This document shows positions 35,936-45,602 of a DNA stretch of 53,277 nucleotides, piece by piece. Location: positions 1 through 53,277 of IMG/VR virus record IMGVR_UViG_3300025815_002696; one strand, given 5' to 3'. The DNA is from a virus. Lineage: Duplodnaviria > Caudoviricetes. The first letter of the stretch is position 1. Each line of letters begins with the position of its first letter. The translations under genes and the position numbers were made by a program. Below the pieces are notes generated by a model. It ran no database searches. It worked only from the letters and a program-made list of their open reading frames with translations, and was not told the origin of the DNA.

Positions 35936-35965
35936 ATTCCCCTGCTAAGGATGTTTTATGATCTA

Positions 35966-37384
35966 TTAAGATTCGTCGTAGAACGGAATAACTCTCATTG
36001 TTCCGGCGATCTTGATCTTGATGTAGCCTGTTGGCGTTCCTGGCAGTGCTGATGCACCTCCCGCCGATCCCACGGTTGACTGTGTTGCCGTGTTAAGATC
36101 TATAACTCCAGTACCCTGTGTGCTTATTGACAGGTCACCATCTGACGTATCATTTTGTAATGCGTCTGCCCTCACAGTTGTGGCTTCCATCAATGTGAAA
36201 CTGGCCTCCGCGGCAGTAAGTATCCCTCCTGCCGAAACATTCTGTCCCGCCGCCGGGGAGAGCGTTATACCACCCGATGTTGCAGAAATTGTGTTGCCGT
36301 CTAATCTCAAGTTGTCAACGTTCAGTTGTCCTGTTGTCGTCTGTGTACCAGTTGCAGTGATAGGACCAGTCAACACGATCGCTCCTGTTCCTGCAGGATC
36401 AATGTTGATATCACCGTTTGTGTCCGTTGAGATCGTTCCGTCTGCTGATATGTTCAAGTCACCAACGTTGAGAGTGCCTGTTGTCAGTGATCCAGAGATT
36501 GTCTGGTTTCCAGTGGTTGTTATGTCTGCCGTGTTCAACGTTCCTGCCACTGTTGCGTTTGCTAATATTTTGGTTTGTCCTGTGCCACTTCCATCTAGTT
36601 CTAGATCTGCGTTTGAGGCGTTGGCTTTGATTGTGTTGTCCGTTATTGTGACACCATCAATTGCAACAGCACCGGTCATGGTTGCCGCGTTTATCGTTGG
36701 GTTGGTTAAAACTTTATTTGTAAGTGTTTGTGAACCAGTTAGTGTGACTACGGTGCTATCTATTGCTGTGGTCACTGTGTTGTTCACTGCTGATGTTGTG
36801 ATTCCTGTCCCGCCTGAAAACTGCATCACTTCTGAATCTAGATCAATGGAATTTGTAGTAGAGTCATCCGCTGTAAAGTCTAAATCTTGTGCTGTAACCT
36901 GTGAATCAACATAAGCCTTGATTGACTGTTGTGTTGCAAGTTGCGTGGCACTGTCTGTTGTCATGTTGTCTTCGTCTAAAATACCTGTGACAGTTGCTCC
37001 TGTCGCCAGTGCCAATGATGTTCCAACTGACAATGTGCTACCAAGGGTGGTTGCACCTGGGACGTTGAGTGTTCCTGTGGTTTGAATATTTTCCGCTATG
37101 GTAATCTGAGTAGAGTCATCGGAACTCAAGGTCGTGCCATTGAATTTCAATGCACCCAGTTTGATGCTTCCTGTGCCGTTTGGTGTGACAGTTATATCAC
37201 CGTTCGTGACACCTGTTGTTATTGCGAAAGTGTTTACGTTTAAATTTGCATCTAATGTGTTGATGTCGTTGTCCGTACCGTAAAGTTCCACGAAGTTGTC
37301 GTTGATCTTGTCAAATGCTGTTCTTAACGGATCACCCGTGCCGTCGTTTGCACTTGATCCTATGTTGATGTTCTGTCTAGCCAT
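35966..37384 (-). CDS. Tail fibre / baseplate-attached protein
   Basis: MARQNINIGSSANDGTGDPLRTAFDKINDNF (T4 gp9/gp10-like N-terminus); G/T/S-rich repeats. Confidence 0.75.
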   Translation of the reverse strand: MARQNINIGSSANDGTGDPLRTAFDKINDNFVELYGTDNDINTLDANLNVNTFAITTGVTNGDITVTPNGTGSIKLGALKFNGTTLSSDDSTQITIAENIQTTGTLNVPGATTLGSTLSVGTSLALATGATVTGILDEDNMTTDSATQLATQQSIKAYVDSQVTAQDLDFTADDSTTNSIDLDSEVMQFSGGTGITTSAVNNTVTTAIDSTVVTLTGSQTLTNKVLTNPTINAATMTGAVAIDGVTITDNTIKANASNADLELDGSGTGQTKILANATVAGTLNTADITTTGNQTISGSLTTGTLNVGDLNISADGTISTDTNGDINIDPAGTGAIVLTGPITATGTQTTTGQLNVDNLRLDGNTISATSGGITLSPAAGQNVSAGGILTAAEASFTLMEATTVRADALQNDTSDGDLSISTQGTGVIDLNTATQSTVGSAGGASALPGTPTGYIKIKIAGTMRVIPFYDES

Positions 37385-37447
37385 ACTTTATATTAATCCT
37401 TTTTGTTATGGGTATTTATCTGTAATTCTATAAACCTAATGTAATTA

Positions 37448-38809
37448 TTAGATGTCTATTACTATACGTTGGAATTTGAACACAGTGCTATCATCAGTGA
37501 TGTTTGTGACTTTTACCTGCACATCGTCACCACTTATTCCAACAGAGAATTCCGCCAGACCTGTGCCATGATCACTCACTGAACCAAATGTTGAAATGTA
37601 TGCTGTTGAGCCATCGTGGATCACATTGGCTTCTACCAATTCATATCTACTGTTTGTCGCATCAGTGGCAGATATAAAATATTTTGCACTTCTGTATACA
37701 GTTTTATCAAATGTATTCAGCACTGATGTTGTAGAACTGGCAACCGTGGTAGTGGCATCCGCTATATCAGAGTGTGAAAGTGTGGCACTTGCAGTTGCAA
37801 AAGCAAGGTTACCTGCACCGTCTGTCTTTAAAAATTGTCCTGTACTTCCGTCTGATGTTGGGAAGTTGAAACCACTGATTCTTACTGTGCCTGTACCGTT
37901 GCCTGATAGTTCTAGGTTGGCATTTGATGCATTTGTTGATATTGTGTTGTCTGCCAGTGTTACTCCGTCTATAGTCAACGAGGCCGTTGTGCTCAATGTT
38001 GTGAATGAGCCCGCTAACGGTGTCGCACCACCAATTACCGTGTTGTCTATTGCACCGCCATTGATGTCTGCTTTGGCAATAACCACCTGTCCTGTACCTG
38101 CTGGTTCGATGACAAGGTCTGAGTTTGATTGTGTGGTTTTTATTTCATTGTCTGTGATGTTTATGTTGGAGTCAACAGTTAAATTATTGATCACAACAGA
38201 TCCCGTTCCTCCTGGAGTAAGGTTTATATTGGCATTTGAACTAGATCCGATTGTGTTGTCATTGAAGGTCAAATTGTCAATTGTGGTTGTCCCTACCAAA
38301 CTTGTTGTGCTTGTAACATTCAATGTTGAAAGAGTTGTCAATCCTGAAGGCACCGCCAGAGTAGATCCAAGATTTGTTGCACCTGAAAGTGTTGCGTCAC
38401 CTGAGACATTTATTGTCCCGTCGACCACCAGTCCGTCATTTATGTTGATGATTGAAGAATCATCCGAACGCAATGATGTTCCTGCTATCTTGATTGCTCC
38501 AAAAACAACAGAGCCTGTTCCGTTGGGCAACAAGTTGATGTCGTCATTTGATCTTGTGCCTTCTATGTTATTATCGTTAATCCTTATGGCAGGAAATGAA
38601 ACTGATCCTGTACCTGCGGGTTTGAAAACAATATCGTCGTTTGATCTTGTTGCACTGATCTCGTTGCCTGAGAATAAAAGATTACCAGAGAACAATGGTG
38701 ATGCATAAAGTTCATTAAAATTGTCATTGACCTTGTCCATAGCGACACGTAAAGTGTCACCTGTTCCATCGTTTGCATTAGATCCTATGTTTAGTGTCTG
38801 CTGAGCCAT
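37448..38809 (-). CDS. Tail fibre / baseplate-attached protein
   Basis: Same N-terminal motif; five SN(A/D/S)(D/N)...GTG repeats; C-terminal YRSAKY...HDG domain. Confidence 0.75.
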   Translation of the reverse strand: MAQQTLNIGSNANDGTGDTLRVAMDKVNDNFNELYASPLFSGNLLFSGNEISATRSNDDIVFKPAGTGSVSFPAIRINDNNIEGTRSNDDINLLPNGTGSVVFGAIKIAGTSLRSDDSSIININDGLVVDGTINVSGDATLSGATNLGSTLAVPSGLTTLSTLNVTSTTSLVGTTTIDNLTFNDNTIGSSSNANINLTPGGTGSVVINNLTVDSNINITDNEIKTTQSNSDLVIEPAGTGQVVIAKADINGGAIDNTVIGGATPLAGSFTTLSTTASLTIDGVTLADNTISTNASNANLELSGNGTGTVRISGFNFPTSDGSTGQFLKTDGAGNLAFATASATLSHSDIADATTTVASSTTSVLNTFDKTVYRSAKYFISATDATNSRYELVEANVIHDGSTAYISTFGSVSDHGTGLAEFSVGISGDDVQVKVTNITDDSTVFKFQRIVIDI

Positions 38810-38811
38810 TG

Positions 38812-41208
38812 TTATGCTTCTATTACCCTTCTAATTACTTTGACCACGTGGTCATTAGTGTTATTTATTGTGCCCCTGATTCTTAGATTTCCACTATCTA
38901 TATCTGCTGTCACTGTTATTAGTCCTGTAGATGTTCCTACGTTACCGAACGTGCTCGCATATGCAGTGGATCCGTCATGAACAACATTCGCTTCGAAAAG
39001 CTCATAGTTTCCGCCGATGGCATCCACTACCTGTACGTTGTATTTGGCGACTCTGTATGTTGTTGCAGAAACAGAATCTAGAGTGGCTACTGCTGTAGAT
39101 GTACCTGCACCTCTGGTCAAGTTAACTCTATATGCGTTCACCGTGGTAGAACCACCCGAAGTAGATGTTGCTGAAAGTGTTGTGGTAGAACCTGCATGTC
39201 CAACAGTCAATAGAATCTGATCTGTGCCTTTTGTTGATGTAAGTCCATACTGTGTCACGAATGCGTTCGTGCCATCGCTCACAACAGCCGCTTCACAGAT
39301 TGCCGAGTGACCTTCAGAAGCGTTGTGTGACACAATAACGTAGTGTGCCGCTTGGTATGTTCCTGTGTCGAAGGTGTCCAATGTTGTAGTTGCACTTGAA
39401 ACAGTCACGTTCCCAATCACGTTGATGTTTGTTGAACTTCTATCTGCTTCGTTGTCCGCCAATCTAATTCTGTATGCGTGTACTCGTAAGTTTGGTTCTA
39501 GTCCTGCCGCTTTCAACTCAACATTCGCACCATTTATTGCGGCTGTCAAATTAATTAGGTCGTTGTTTCCTGTGTTCACTATATTGTATGTTGAAACAAA
39601 AGCATCTGTGCCATTGTGCACCACACTCACTTCACAGTTCATCAATTCTGTCTTAGATGCGTTGTTCACAGATATGTAATACTTGGCTCCCCTGAATGAC
39701 CCGTGTGCCCATGAATCTATGACTTCGCTAGCACTGTCCACGTCTGTGTTGATCACTACTGCCGCTTCGTCTTCACCTGCGTATCCTGTTGAGTCATCAT
39801 CTCCGAGTCCTATCCTGTAAAATGCAACTGAGTTCTCGGGTGAACTCCCTGTGCCAAGCAATCTTACAATACCACTGTTGATGTCAGCGGTTGTTATGAC
39901 ATGATTGTTTGTTCCTGTCTTGGCATCTATAGATGTTGTTATGAAAGCATCAGAGTTGTTATGTACCACGGAGTGTTTTGTTACCTCTAATTCATTACTG
40001 GCATCATCTCTGTTAATTGCAAGATACCATGCACTGTCATACTTTGATGTTGCCCAACTGTCTTGCACAACGGTACCTGATTCTATCCTGTCGTGTGTTC
40101 CTGTTGCTGTGACATGATCTATTTCTGTCAATGATGAAAAAGATATCGTTGTTGAATTGTCTTGTATGTCTGACACACCTAACAATACAGGCGAAGTGAA
40201 CCAAGAAAGTTGGTTATTTCCGTCGGTCTTAAGCACCTGTCCCGTCTGTCCGTCTGCATTTGGTAAGTTTATTCCATTTATTTTTACATATCCAGAACCA
40301 TTGGCCTCCAGTTCGAGATTATCATTTGATCTGTTTGCAGTGACAGTGTTATCCGTGATCGTGACACCATCCGCAGTGACCGAAGGATCTGTAATTGATA
40401 TCGATGTAAAAGTTCCCGCCGCTGGTGTTGTGCCACCTATCACTGTGTTGTCCACTGTGCCCGCGTTCAAGTCTATTTTAGACACTTGAACTGAACCTGT
40501 GCCGTTTGCTGACAACATGAAATCATCATTGGACTTCGTGACCTTGATCACGTTGTCTGTTAAATTTATACTTGAATCTATTGTCAAGTTAGACACATTG
40601 ACCACACCCGTGCCACCTGGTGTTAGGTTTAAGTCTGCGTTTGAACTAGTGCTGATTATGTTGTCATTGAAAGTGAGATTGTCGATAGTGGTCGTGCCAA
40701 CAAAAGAACTTGCACCCGACACTGTCAATGTAGATAGTGTTGTTGTGCTTGTGACATCAAGTGTGGAATTCACAGTCACCGGAGATGAGAAAGTGGGAGT
40801 GTCGGCATTCAATGTGCCATCTACCACAAGATTGTCATTTATGTTTATAATACTAGAATCCGTGCCAACTATTGATGTACCGGAAAATCCTACTCCGTCT
40901 ATTACCACTGACCCAGACCCACTAGGGACGAATTTAAGATCATCATTTGTCCTTGTGGACTTGATGTTGTTGTCTTCTATGGTTATCCCAGGGAAAACCA
41001 CATTTCCTGTGCCCGATGGTTTGATCACTATGTCGGCGTTGGACGCCGTTGTGCTGATGTTGTTCTGGATTACGTCTATGTCTGACGCAACAGAAGGACG
41101 TAGGAAAAGTTCATCGAAGTTGTTGTTGATCTTGATGCCCGCACCCCTGATGGTATCGCCCGTGCCATCATCTGCTATTGCACCGATGTTGATTACTTCC
41201 TGGGCCAT
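38812..41208 (-). CDS. Tail fibre / baseplate-attached protein
   Basis: Same N-terminal motif; repeats plus four C-terminal A(K/W/H)Y...H(D/N)G-type domains. Confidence 0.75.
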   Translation of the reverse strand: MAQEVINIGAIADDGTGDTIRGAGIKINNNFDELFLRPSVASDIDVIQNNISTTASNADIVIKPSGTGNVVFPGITIEDNNIKSTRTNDDLKFVPSGSGSVVIDGVGFSGTSIVGTDSSIININDNLVVDGTLNADTPTFSSPVTVNSTLDVTSTTTLSTLTVSGASSFVGTTTIDNLTFNDNIISTSSNADLNLTPGGTGVVNVSNLTIDSSINLTDNVIKVTKSNDDFMLSANGTGSVQVSKIDLNAGTVDNTVIGGTTPAAGTFTSISITDPSVTADGVTITDNTVTANRSNDNLELEANGSGYVKINGINLPNADGQTGQVLKTDGNNQLSWFTSPVLLGVSDIQDNSTTISFSSLTEIDHVTATGTHDRIESGTVVQDSWATSKYDSAWYLAINRDDASNELEVTKHSVVHNNSDAFITTSIDAKTGTNNHVITTADINSGIVRLLGTGSSPENSVAFYRIGLGDDDSTGYAGEDEAAVVINTDVDSASEVIDSWAHGSFRGAKYYISVNNASKTELMNCEVSVVHNGTDAFVSTYNIVNTGNNDLINLTAAINGANVELKAAGLEPNLRVHAYRIRLADNEADRSSTNINVIGNVTVSSATTTLDTFDTGTYQAAHYVIVSHNASEGHSAICEAAVVSDGTNAFVTQYGLTSTKGTDQILLTVGHAGSTTTLSATSTSGGSTTVNAYRVNLTRGAGTSTAVATLDSVSATTYRVAKYNVQVVDAIGGNYELFEANVVHDGSTAYASTFGNVGTSTGLITVTADIDSGNLRIRGTINNTNDHVVKVIRRVIEA

Positions 41209-41209
41209 G

Positions 41210-41575
41210 TTATATGCTCGCTAGTGTGATCTTTTTCCATATCACTGTTGAACCATCATAGTTCGCAGTGCATACATATAAATTTGTTGCGTCCCAACTG
41301 ATCGAACCAGCCACATCACCTGTGTTTCCCACCGCGGTGGCGGTTTTCGTGGTCTTGATCACAAGCCTGTCTGCTTCTATCTGTACCTGTCCTGTGCCGT
41401 TTGGATCCAGTATAATGTTTCCGTTTGTGTCAGCACTCAAAAGGGTGTTGCCCGACATCTGTAGTTCACCGGCCAACTCAGCGAAATTGCTGTTGACCTT
41501 GGTCATGGCGGTACGTAAAGTATCGCCCGTTGCTGGATTTCCCGCTGTTCCTGTGTCTATCGTTAATCTTGCCAT
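41210..41575 (-). CDS. Short tail fibre-like protein
   Basis: GDTLRTAMTKVNSNF N-terminus; G..GSISWDATNLYVC...WKK C-terminus. Confidence 0.7.
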   Translation of the reverse strand: MARLTIDTGTAGNPATGDTLRTAMTKVNSNFAELAGELQMSGNTLLSADTNGNIILDPNGTGQVQIEADRLVIKTTKTATAVGNTGDVAGSISWDATNLYVCTANYDGSTVIWKKITLASI

Positions 41576-41588
41576 AATGTGTTATTCG

Positions 41589-41601
41589 TATTTATTAAAT
41601 A
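41589..41601. promoter_or_regulatory. Back-to-back TAAATA late promoters
   Basis: Palindrome TATTTA-T-TAAATA between divergent ATGs at 41575 (-) and 41607 (+). Confidence 0.6.
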
Positions 41602-41606
41602 GTAAT

Positions 41607-41885
41607 ATGTTCATAGAAACCCTGAAGACGATGAAGTTGTACAAGAGGGAGAGCAAACTGGGTACCATGCACAACTACCACAGGAAGAAACTGATCTATG
41701 TGTTCAAGTGCGATGCCTGTTCAGAGACGTTCATGAGGCCCAAGAGCAAGGTGGATCCAGATCGTGCTTCAAACGACTACAAACACGTGTGTAATAACTG
41801 TGATTCCAAGAAGTTCGCACAGAGCGTGGGTGTCAAGATGCGTCGGGTCTATCAGTTGGACGCCAGCAGTACCAAGACCCTATAA
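41607..41885 (+). CDS. Zn-ribbon protein
   Basis: Start re-placed at MFIETL (41607); CDAC...CNNC. Confidence 0.7.
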   Translation: MFIETLKTMKLYKRESKLGTMHNYHRKKLIYVFKCDACSETFMRPKSKVDPDRASNDYKHVCNNCDSKKFAQSVGVKMRRVYQLDASSTKTL

Positions 41886-42623
41886 CTGTTTCCACCGGAT
41901 GTCGTCACGTGATCCAGTGATCCATCTCTGTAAATCTGCGTAGATGCCACACTTGATGTTGGGTTGGTCGAAGTACCAACGCAGGAACGGATTGCCTTCC
42001 AGGTATTCCTTACGGTTGATGAAATAGAAATTAGTTCCGGGGAATTTACGGAAAATCTGACGCAGTTGATACATCCATTCATATTTGAGATATGCTTTCA
42101 TGCTTTCACGTCCTGGATAGTTTTTGGAATCCTTGTATATGTTGTTCTGTATCCTGCTGGGCGTGTCCATCTCCCACTGCTGGGCACCCATTATGTCAAA
42201 GGCCATAATAATGATGTTCTTGATCCCTGATTCCGCCGCCATCAGTACAGCACTGCAACCAGAGCCTCTGGCCGTGGAGAAGTCTTTGGTCTTGATCTTT
42301 CCGCCCTTCTTGATGTTACCACCACGCCAGACCCTGTATATCTTCAGTCCATCAGGCACGTCTGTTTCCCTGTCACCGTCACAGATGTAGTTCCACTTGC
42401 TGATGTCATCTATGCCGTGTATGTGCGGAGACTCTTTGCCGTCGTTGTGCCATTGTGATAGTTCTTCAAACATTTCAGGACTGACACCCACTATGTGATC
42501 ACAAAGTTTGGGATGATCCCTGTATATGGCATTACAACCATACACCGTTCCTTTGTCTTTTAAATTTTCTATTGGGAAGATATTTCTTGATTCACCGTTG
42601 CCTATTATGAAAGCGGTATCCAT
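41880..42623 (-). CDS. Maf/MptE-like (DUF115 / sialyltransferase-like fold) protein
   Basis: Start re-placed at MDTAFIIGNGESR; YGCNAIYRD, GSG..A...A, I.IMAFD, N.YK. Confidence 0.6.
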   Translation of the reverse strand: MDTAFIIGNGESRNIFPIENLKDKGTVYGCNAIYRDHPKLCDHIVGVSPEMFEELSQWHNDGKESPHIHGIDDISKWNYICDGDRETDVPDGLKIYRVWRGGNIKKGGKIKTKDFSTARGSGCSAVLMAAESGIKNIIIMAFDIMGAQQWEMDTPSRIQNNIYKDSKNYPGRESMKAYLKYEWMYQLRQIFRKFPGTNFYFINRKEYLEGNPFLRWYFDQPNIKCGIYADLQRWITGSRDDIRWKQL

Positions 42624-42958
42624 TATATGCCAAACGACTCTCCACAACCACAGGCGCTGGTACTGTTGGGATTTGATATCTCGAACTGTGAGCCAAAGGT
42701 CTCCTCGACCCAGTCGATCTTCGTACCCATGACATAAAGCAATGAAGTCTCATCAACTACGAACCTGCCAGTGCCCCAATCTTCCATGTGATCGCCCTGT
42801 GCCACACTTTCCTTGGTGTCTGCGAATCCCCAGTCGTACTTGAATCCCGCACAACCTCCGCCCAACACTGCCAGGCTGACTGCGTACTTGCCAGTATTTT
42901 TTTCCAGCAGTCGTTCTATCTGTGCTTTTGCGGCGTCTGTTATTTCAAATGGTTTCAT
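42623..42958 (-). CDS. iscA: HesB/IscA family Fe-S cluster carrier
   Basis: GGGCAGFKY and NPNSTSACGCGESF; start re-placed at MKPFEIT. Confidence 0.92.
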   Translation of the reverse strand: MKPFEITDAAKAQIERLLEKNTGKYAVSLAVLGGGCAGFKYDWGFADTKESVAQGDHMEDWGTGRFVVDETSLLYVMGTKIDWVEETFGSQFEISNPNSTSACGCGESFGI

Positions 42959-42966
42959 ACTATTAA

Positions 42967-43299
42967 TTATGCTCTCTTGTTTCCACTGTTCTGTATTCCC
43001 ACTGACATCCAGAATCTCGTGGCATCCAGTTTCTTCTCGAAACTCATGTATGCGTTCTGGTCCTCCCAATGATTATTGGGGTTCTCTATCTCGCCCGCGG
43101 GTTCGAACCACCAACCCCACTTGCCTTCACAGTTCCTTTGACACCAGTCTATGCAGTCACCCATGATGCCGTTGCTGTTCATGTCTATGTTGTACTCGAA
43201 ACGTTGCATGTATCCGCAGTCTTCCGGCACTTCGTCCAACCCGGGACTGATCCTTTTTATTCTTGCCGCTTCGTAGAATTTTTTCTGTCCGTGTCTCAT
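42967..43299 (-). CDS. Hypothetical protein
   Basis: Start re-placed at MRHGQKK (ATGA overlap); WC..NC.GKWGWWF. Confidence 0.65.
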   Translation of the reverse strand: MRHGQKKFYEAARIKRISPGLDEVPEDCGYMQRFEYNIDMNSNGIMGDCIDWCQRNCEGKWGWWFEPAGEIENPNNHWEDQNAYMSFEKKLDATRFWMSVGIQNSGNKRA

Positions 43300-43991
43300 T
43301 TCCAATTGTCTATGACCCATTGGTCACCACACTCCATTGGATTAGGTGATCCATGGAACACGGCCACCCTGTTGCCAGGTTCTATCTTGACAGGTTGCCT
43401 GAACCATTTCTTGCCGTCCTTGTTCAACAACTTGGTGTCCTTGAGTCCGATCATCTCCCACTTGTATGATCTTATCCATTCGTCTGGGAACCAGGTGATG
43501 TCGTCCTTGGCCCTTTTCGTGATCCAATCCTGGTCGCCATGGTTCTGTTGCATGATCTGTGCGGACCTGTCCTTGAACTCGTCCCACAGGTAATGCATGG
43601 TACCTGACTGCCAACGCATACAACTGGAGTTTGAAAGTTTCCAGTCCTTGACCCTGCACCGGTTGAAGTCTCTGATTATGTTGAACTTGCCGTTGTGTGA
43701 GAAGAGTGGATCTATGTTGTCAAATACGACAACGTCAAGGTCAAAGAACAGAATGTTGCCTTGAAGAGGCACCTCGGGTGCGAACATCCACAGTTTGCTC
43801 CACCAAGATTTGATCCATGGATCTCTGGGCAACTTGATCACGTTGATGTCTGTGTCTAATCCGTTTGGGTCATCTGTGAGGCAATGGAACTGGTACGGCA
43901 CCGTGGTGTGTCGTTTGACCATGTTCTTCAGAACATTGGCATAAATTGGACCATACTTGTTGCCCCACTTAACGCACACTACGTGATTCAT
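43296..43991 (-). CDS. GT-A fold glycosyltransferase-like protein
   Basis: VCVKWG.KY, CLTDD, WWSKL, FFDLDVVV (DxD), NSS, GDQDWI, VFHGSPNP. Confidence 0.75.
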   Translation of the reverse strand: MNHVVCVKWGNKYGPIYANVLKNMVKRHTTVPYQFHCLTDDPNGLDTDINVIKLPRDPWIKSWWSKLWMFAPEVPLQGNILFFDLDVVVFDNIDPLFSHNGKFNIIRDFNRCRVKDWKLSNSSCMRWQSGTMHYLWDEFKDRSAQIMQQNHGDQDWITKRAKDDITWFPDEWIRSYKWEMIGLKDTKLLNKDGKKWFRQPVKIEPGNRVAVFHGSPNPMECGDQWVIDNWK

Positions 43992-45106
43992 TTCAAAAAT
44001 TCCATTTGCATTTTTTTCCAACCCTCGTTGTCTAATGAATAAGGATAATCGCATCCAACGGTTGTGTCCGATAAAATCTTGATACTAGAAATGTTCAAAT
44101 TTTGACACATCGTCTCATATATTTTTTTATAAGGAACTTTAATGCCGAACGTCCTTTCGAGATCCACCTGACCTATCTTGATATAACCCAATGACAGCCT
44201 GGGATCTTCCCAATCGTAATCATTGGATTTCAACCATGCCCTGTACAGGTCCATTTCCTCTTTCTTGAATCCGTGTGTGTCTTCTGTGATCGTTTGACCC
44301 CAGTCTATGTCGAACTCGCCGGAGTAGTATTTCTGGTGATTGATCTCTGAACAAAGTGCATCTGTCATCTTTGGTGCATGTTCGTCCCTGAAAACTTCAT
44401 ACAGTGTCTTGCCGACCTGGCTCCAATGCAGGTACACCCCACCTAGTTCTCTGTCATACCTGTTCTTCTTGAAAAGATCAAAATCATCATCATGCAGGTC
44501 GTGTCTGGGTGCTTTAAGGAAAGTGGTTATCTGCGATGGTCTCATCCAGTCAGGATCTATGACACTTTTCCTGTGTGATAAAACCCAGTTCTCTATCTCA
44601 TGACAAAGATTGTTCAGTTGTCTTATTGAATACCTTGTTTTGTAGTCTGCCTGCTTGTAGTATTCTGAAATCTTCCATGCAGTGCCTTGGAGGTCCTCGA
44701 AGTACCGGTGTAAAAGATTACAGGCCTCGTGCTTCAACCTTAGCCCGGGTTTCGACATCTCATTGCCATACTCACACAGTCCTGTCTTCAACTTTGCGGA
44801 GTATTGGAAATCATCTGCGACAAATGGTTCAATCCTTTCATAGGGAGGATTGAAGTCAAACGAATTTATTTGTTCTATGTTTTGATTAAGTTCTCCACAC
44901 AGGAAACGCAAATCTCTTTTTGAATCCGCCCATCCTAGAAAACAAAAATTTTTTTCAAGTATCCTCTGTGTTTCTAGGTTATCTTTAAGTGCTTCGATCC
45001 ATCTGTTCCCCAGTGGCGTATCATACACATCGAAATAGTAGGTGATATTGTTAAGTCCTACTTCGATGGTGTCTGTTAGGAATTTATTCTTTTCTGTAGA
45101 TGGCAC
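43988..45106 (-). CDS. Hypothetical protein
   Basis: Likely GTG start at 45106 with GGAG upstream; CNLLHRYFE, LNNLCHEIE, LHWSQVGKT motifs. Confidence 0.7.
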   Translation of the reverse strand: MPSTEKNKFLTDTIEVGLNNITYYFDVYDTPLGNRWIEALKDNLETQRILEKNFCFLGWADSKRDLRFLCGELNQNIEQINSFDFNPPYERIEPFVADDFQYSAKLKTGLCEYGNEMSKPGLRLKHEACNLLHRYFEDLQGTAWKISEYYKQADYKTRYSIRQLNNLCHEIENWVLSHRKSVIDPDWMRPSQITTFLKAPRHDLHDDDFDLFKKNRYDRELGGVYLHWSQVGKTLYEVFRDEHAPKMTDALCSEINHQKYYSGEFDIDWGQTITEDTHGFKKEEMDLYRAWLKSNDYDWEDPRLSLGYIKIGQVDLERTFGIKVPYKKIYETMCQNLNISSIKILSDTTVGCDYPYSLDNEGWKKMQMEFLK

Positions 45107-45533
45107 TGTTGGCTCCGTGTTCCATACATTCCACGCTGTCCACGAAACATCGGTCATCTGTCTTTTCCCTGATCAGTTTGTCAGCGAATTCAAATGCATG
45201 TTTGGCGAACATCTCAGCACCCACTCCATCGAAGATTCTTATCTCTGCCAAGTCAAGACTTTCTAAGTGCTTGAATGTTTCTAAAAATGGATCTGCCTTG
45301 TCCAGTGCAAGTTTGTGATCGAAGTGATCTTCTAACCATGCTTTTAAAGGTTTAAGTCCACCAAAGTCCACCGCCCAGTTCTTGTTGTCTAGTTCCTTGC
45401 AACCAAATGTGAATTTAAATGCAAGGCTGTATCCGTGTAGTAGATGGCAGTGTGAGTGATCTGCGTTGGGTTGTCTGAACACACAGGCCAGGCCTATGTT
45501 GTGTCCGTATGTTTTAGTTGAGTAGTAAGTCAT
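45084..45533 (-). CDS. queD: 6-carboxytetrahydropterin synthase QueD/PTPS family protein
   Basis: CHLLHGY (CxxxHGx), VDFGGLK, FDHK, E.FA, VECME..ANSA; AAGGAG RBS. Confidence 0.88.
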   Translation of the reverse strand: MTYYSTKTYGHNIGLACVFRQPNADHSHCHLLHGYSLAFKFTFGCKELDNKNWAVDFGGLKPLKAWLEDHFDHKLALDKADPFLETFKHLESLDLAEIRIFDGVGAEMFAKHAFEFADKLIREKTDDRCFVDSVECMEHGANSAIYRKE

Positions 45534-45552
45534 CGTTTCTCCTTGTTTTGAT

Positions 45553-45597
45553 GACTTGCAGAGTGTTTATAGAGGGGTGAAAGTCTTGAGTCCTCTC
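45553..45597 (-). ncRNA. Candidate preQ1-I-like riboswitch / pseudoknot in the queD leader
   Basis: AGAGG-ACUCAAGACUUUCACC-CCUCU-AUAAACAC...AAGUC: 5-bp P1, C just before the P1 3' strand, A-rich tail, loop GACUU able to pair with downstream AAGUC. Confidence 0.5.
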
Positions 45598-45602
45598 GAT
45601 CA

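Noticed and set aside
36090-41224. Long plus-strand ORFs (e.g. 36090..36914, 37596..38708, 40499..41224)
   Set aside because: They are antisense shadows of the repetitive Thr/Gly/Asp-rich fibre genes, with no start signals and Val/Pro/Ser-biased translations.
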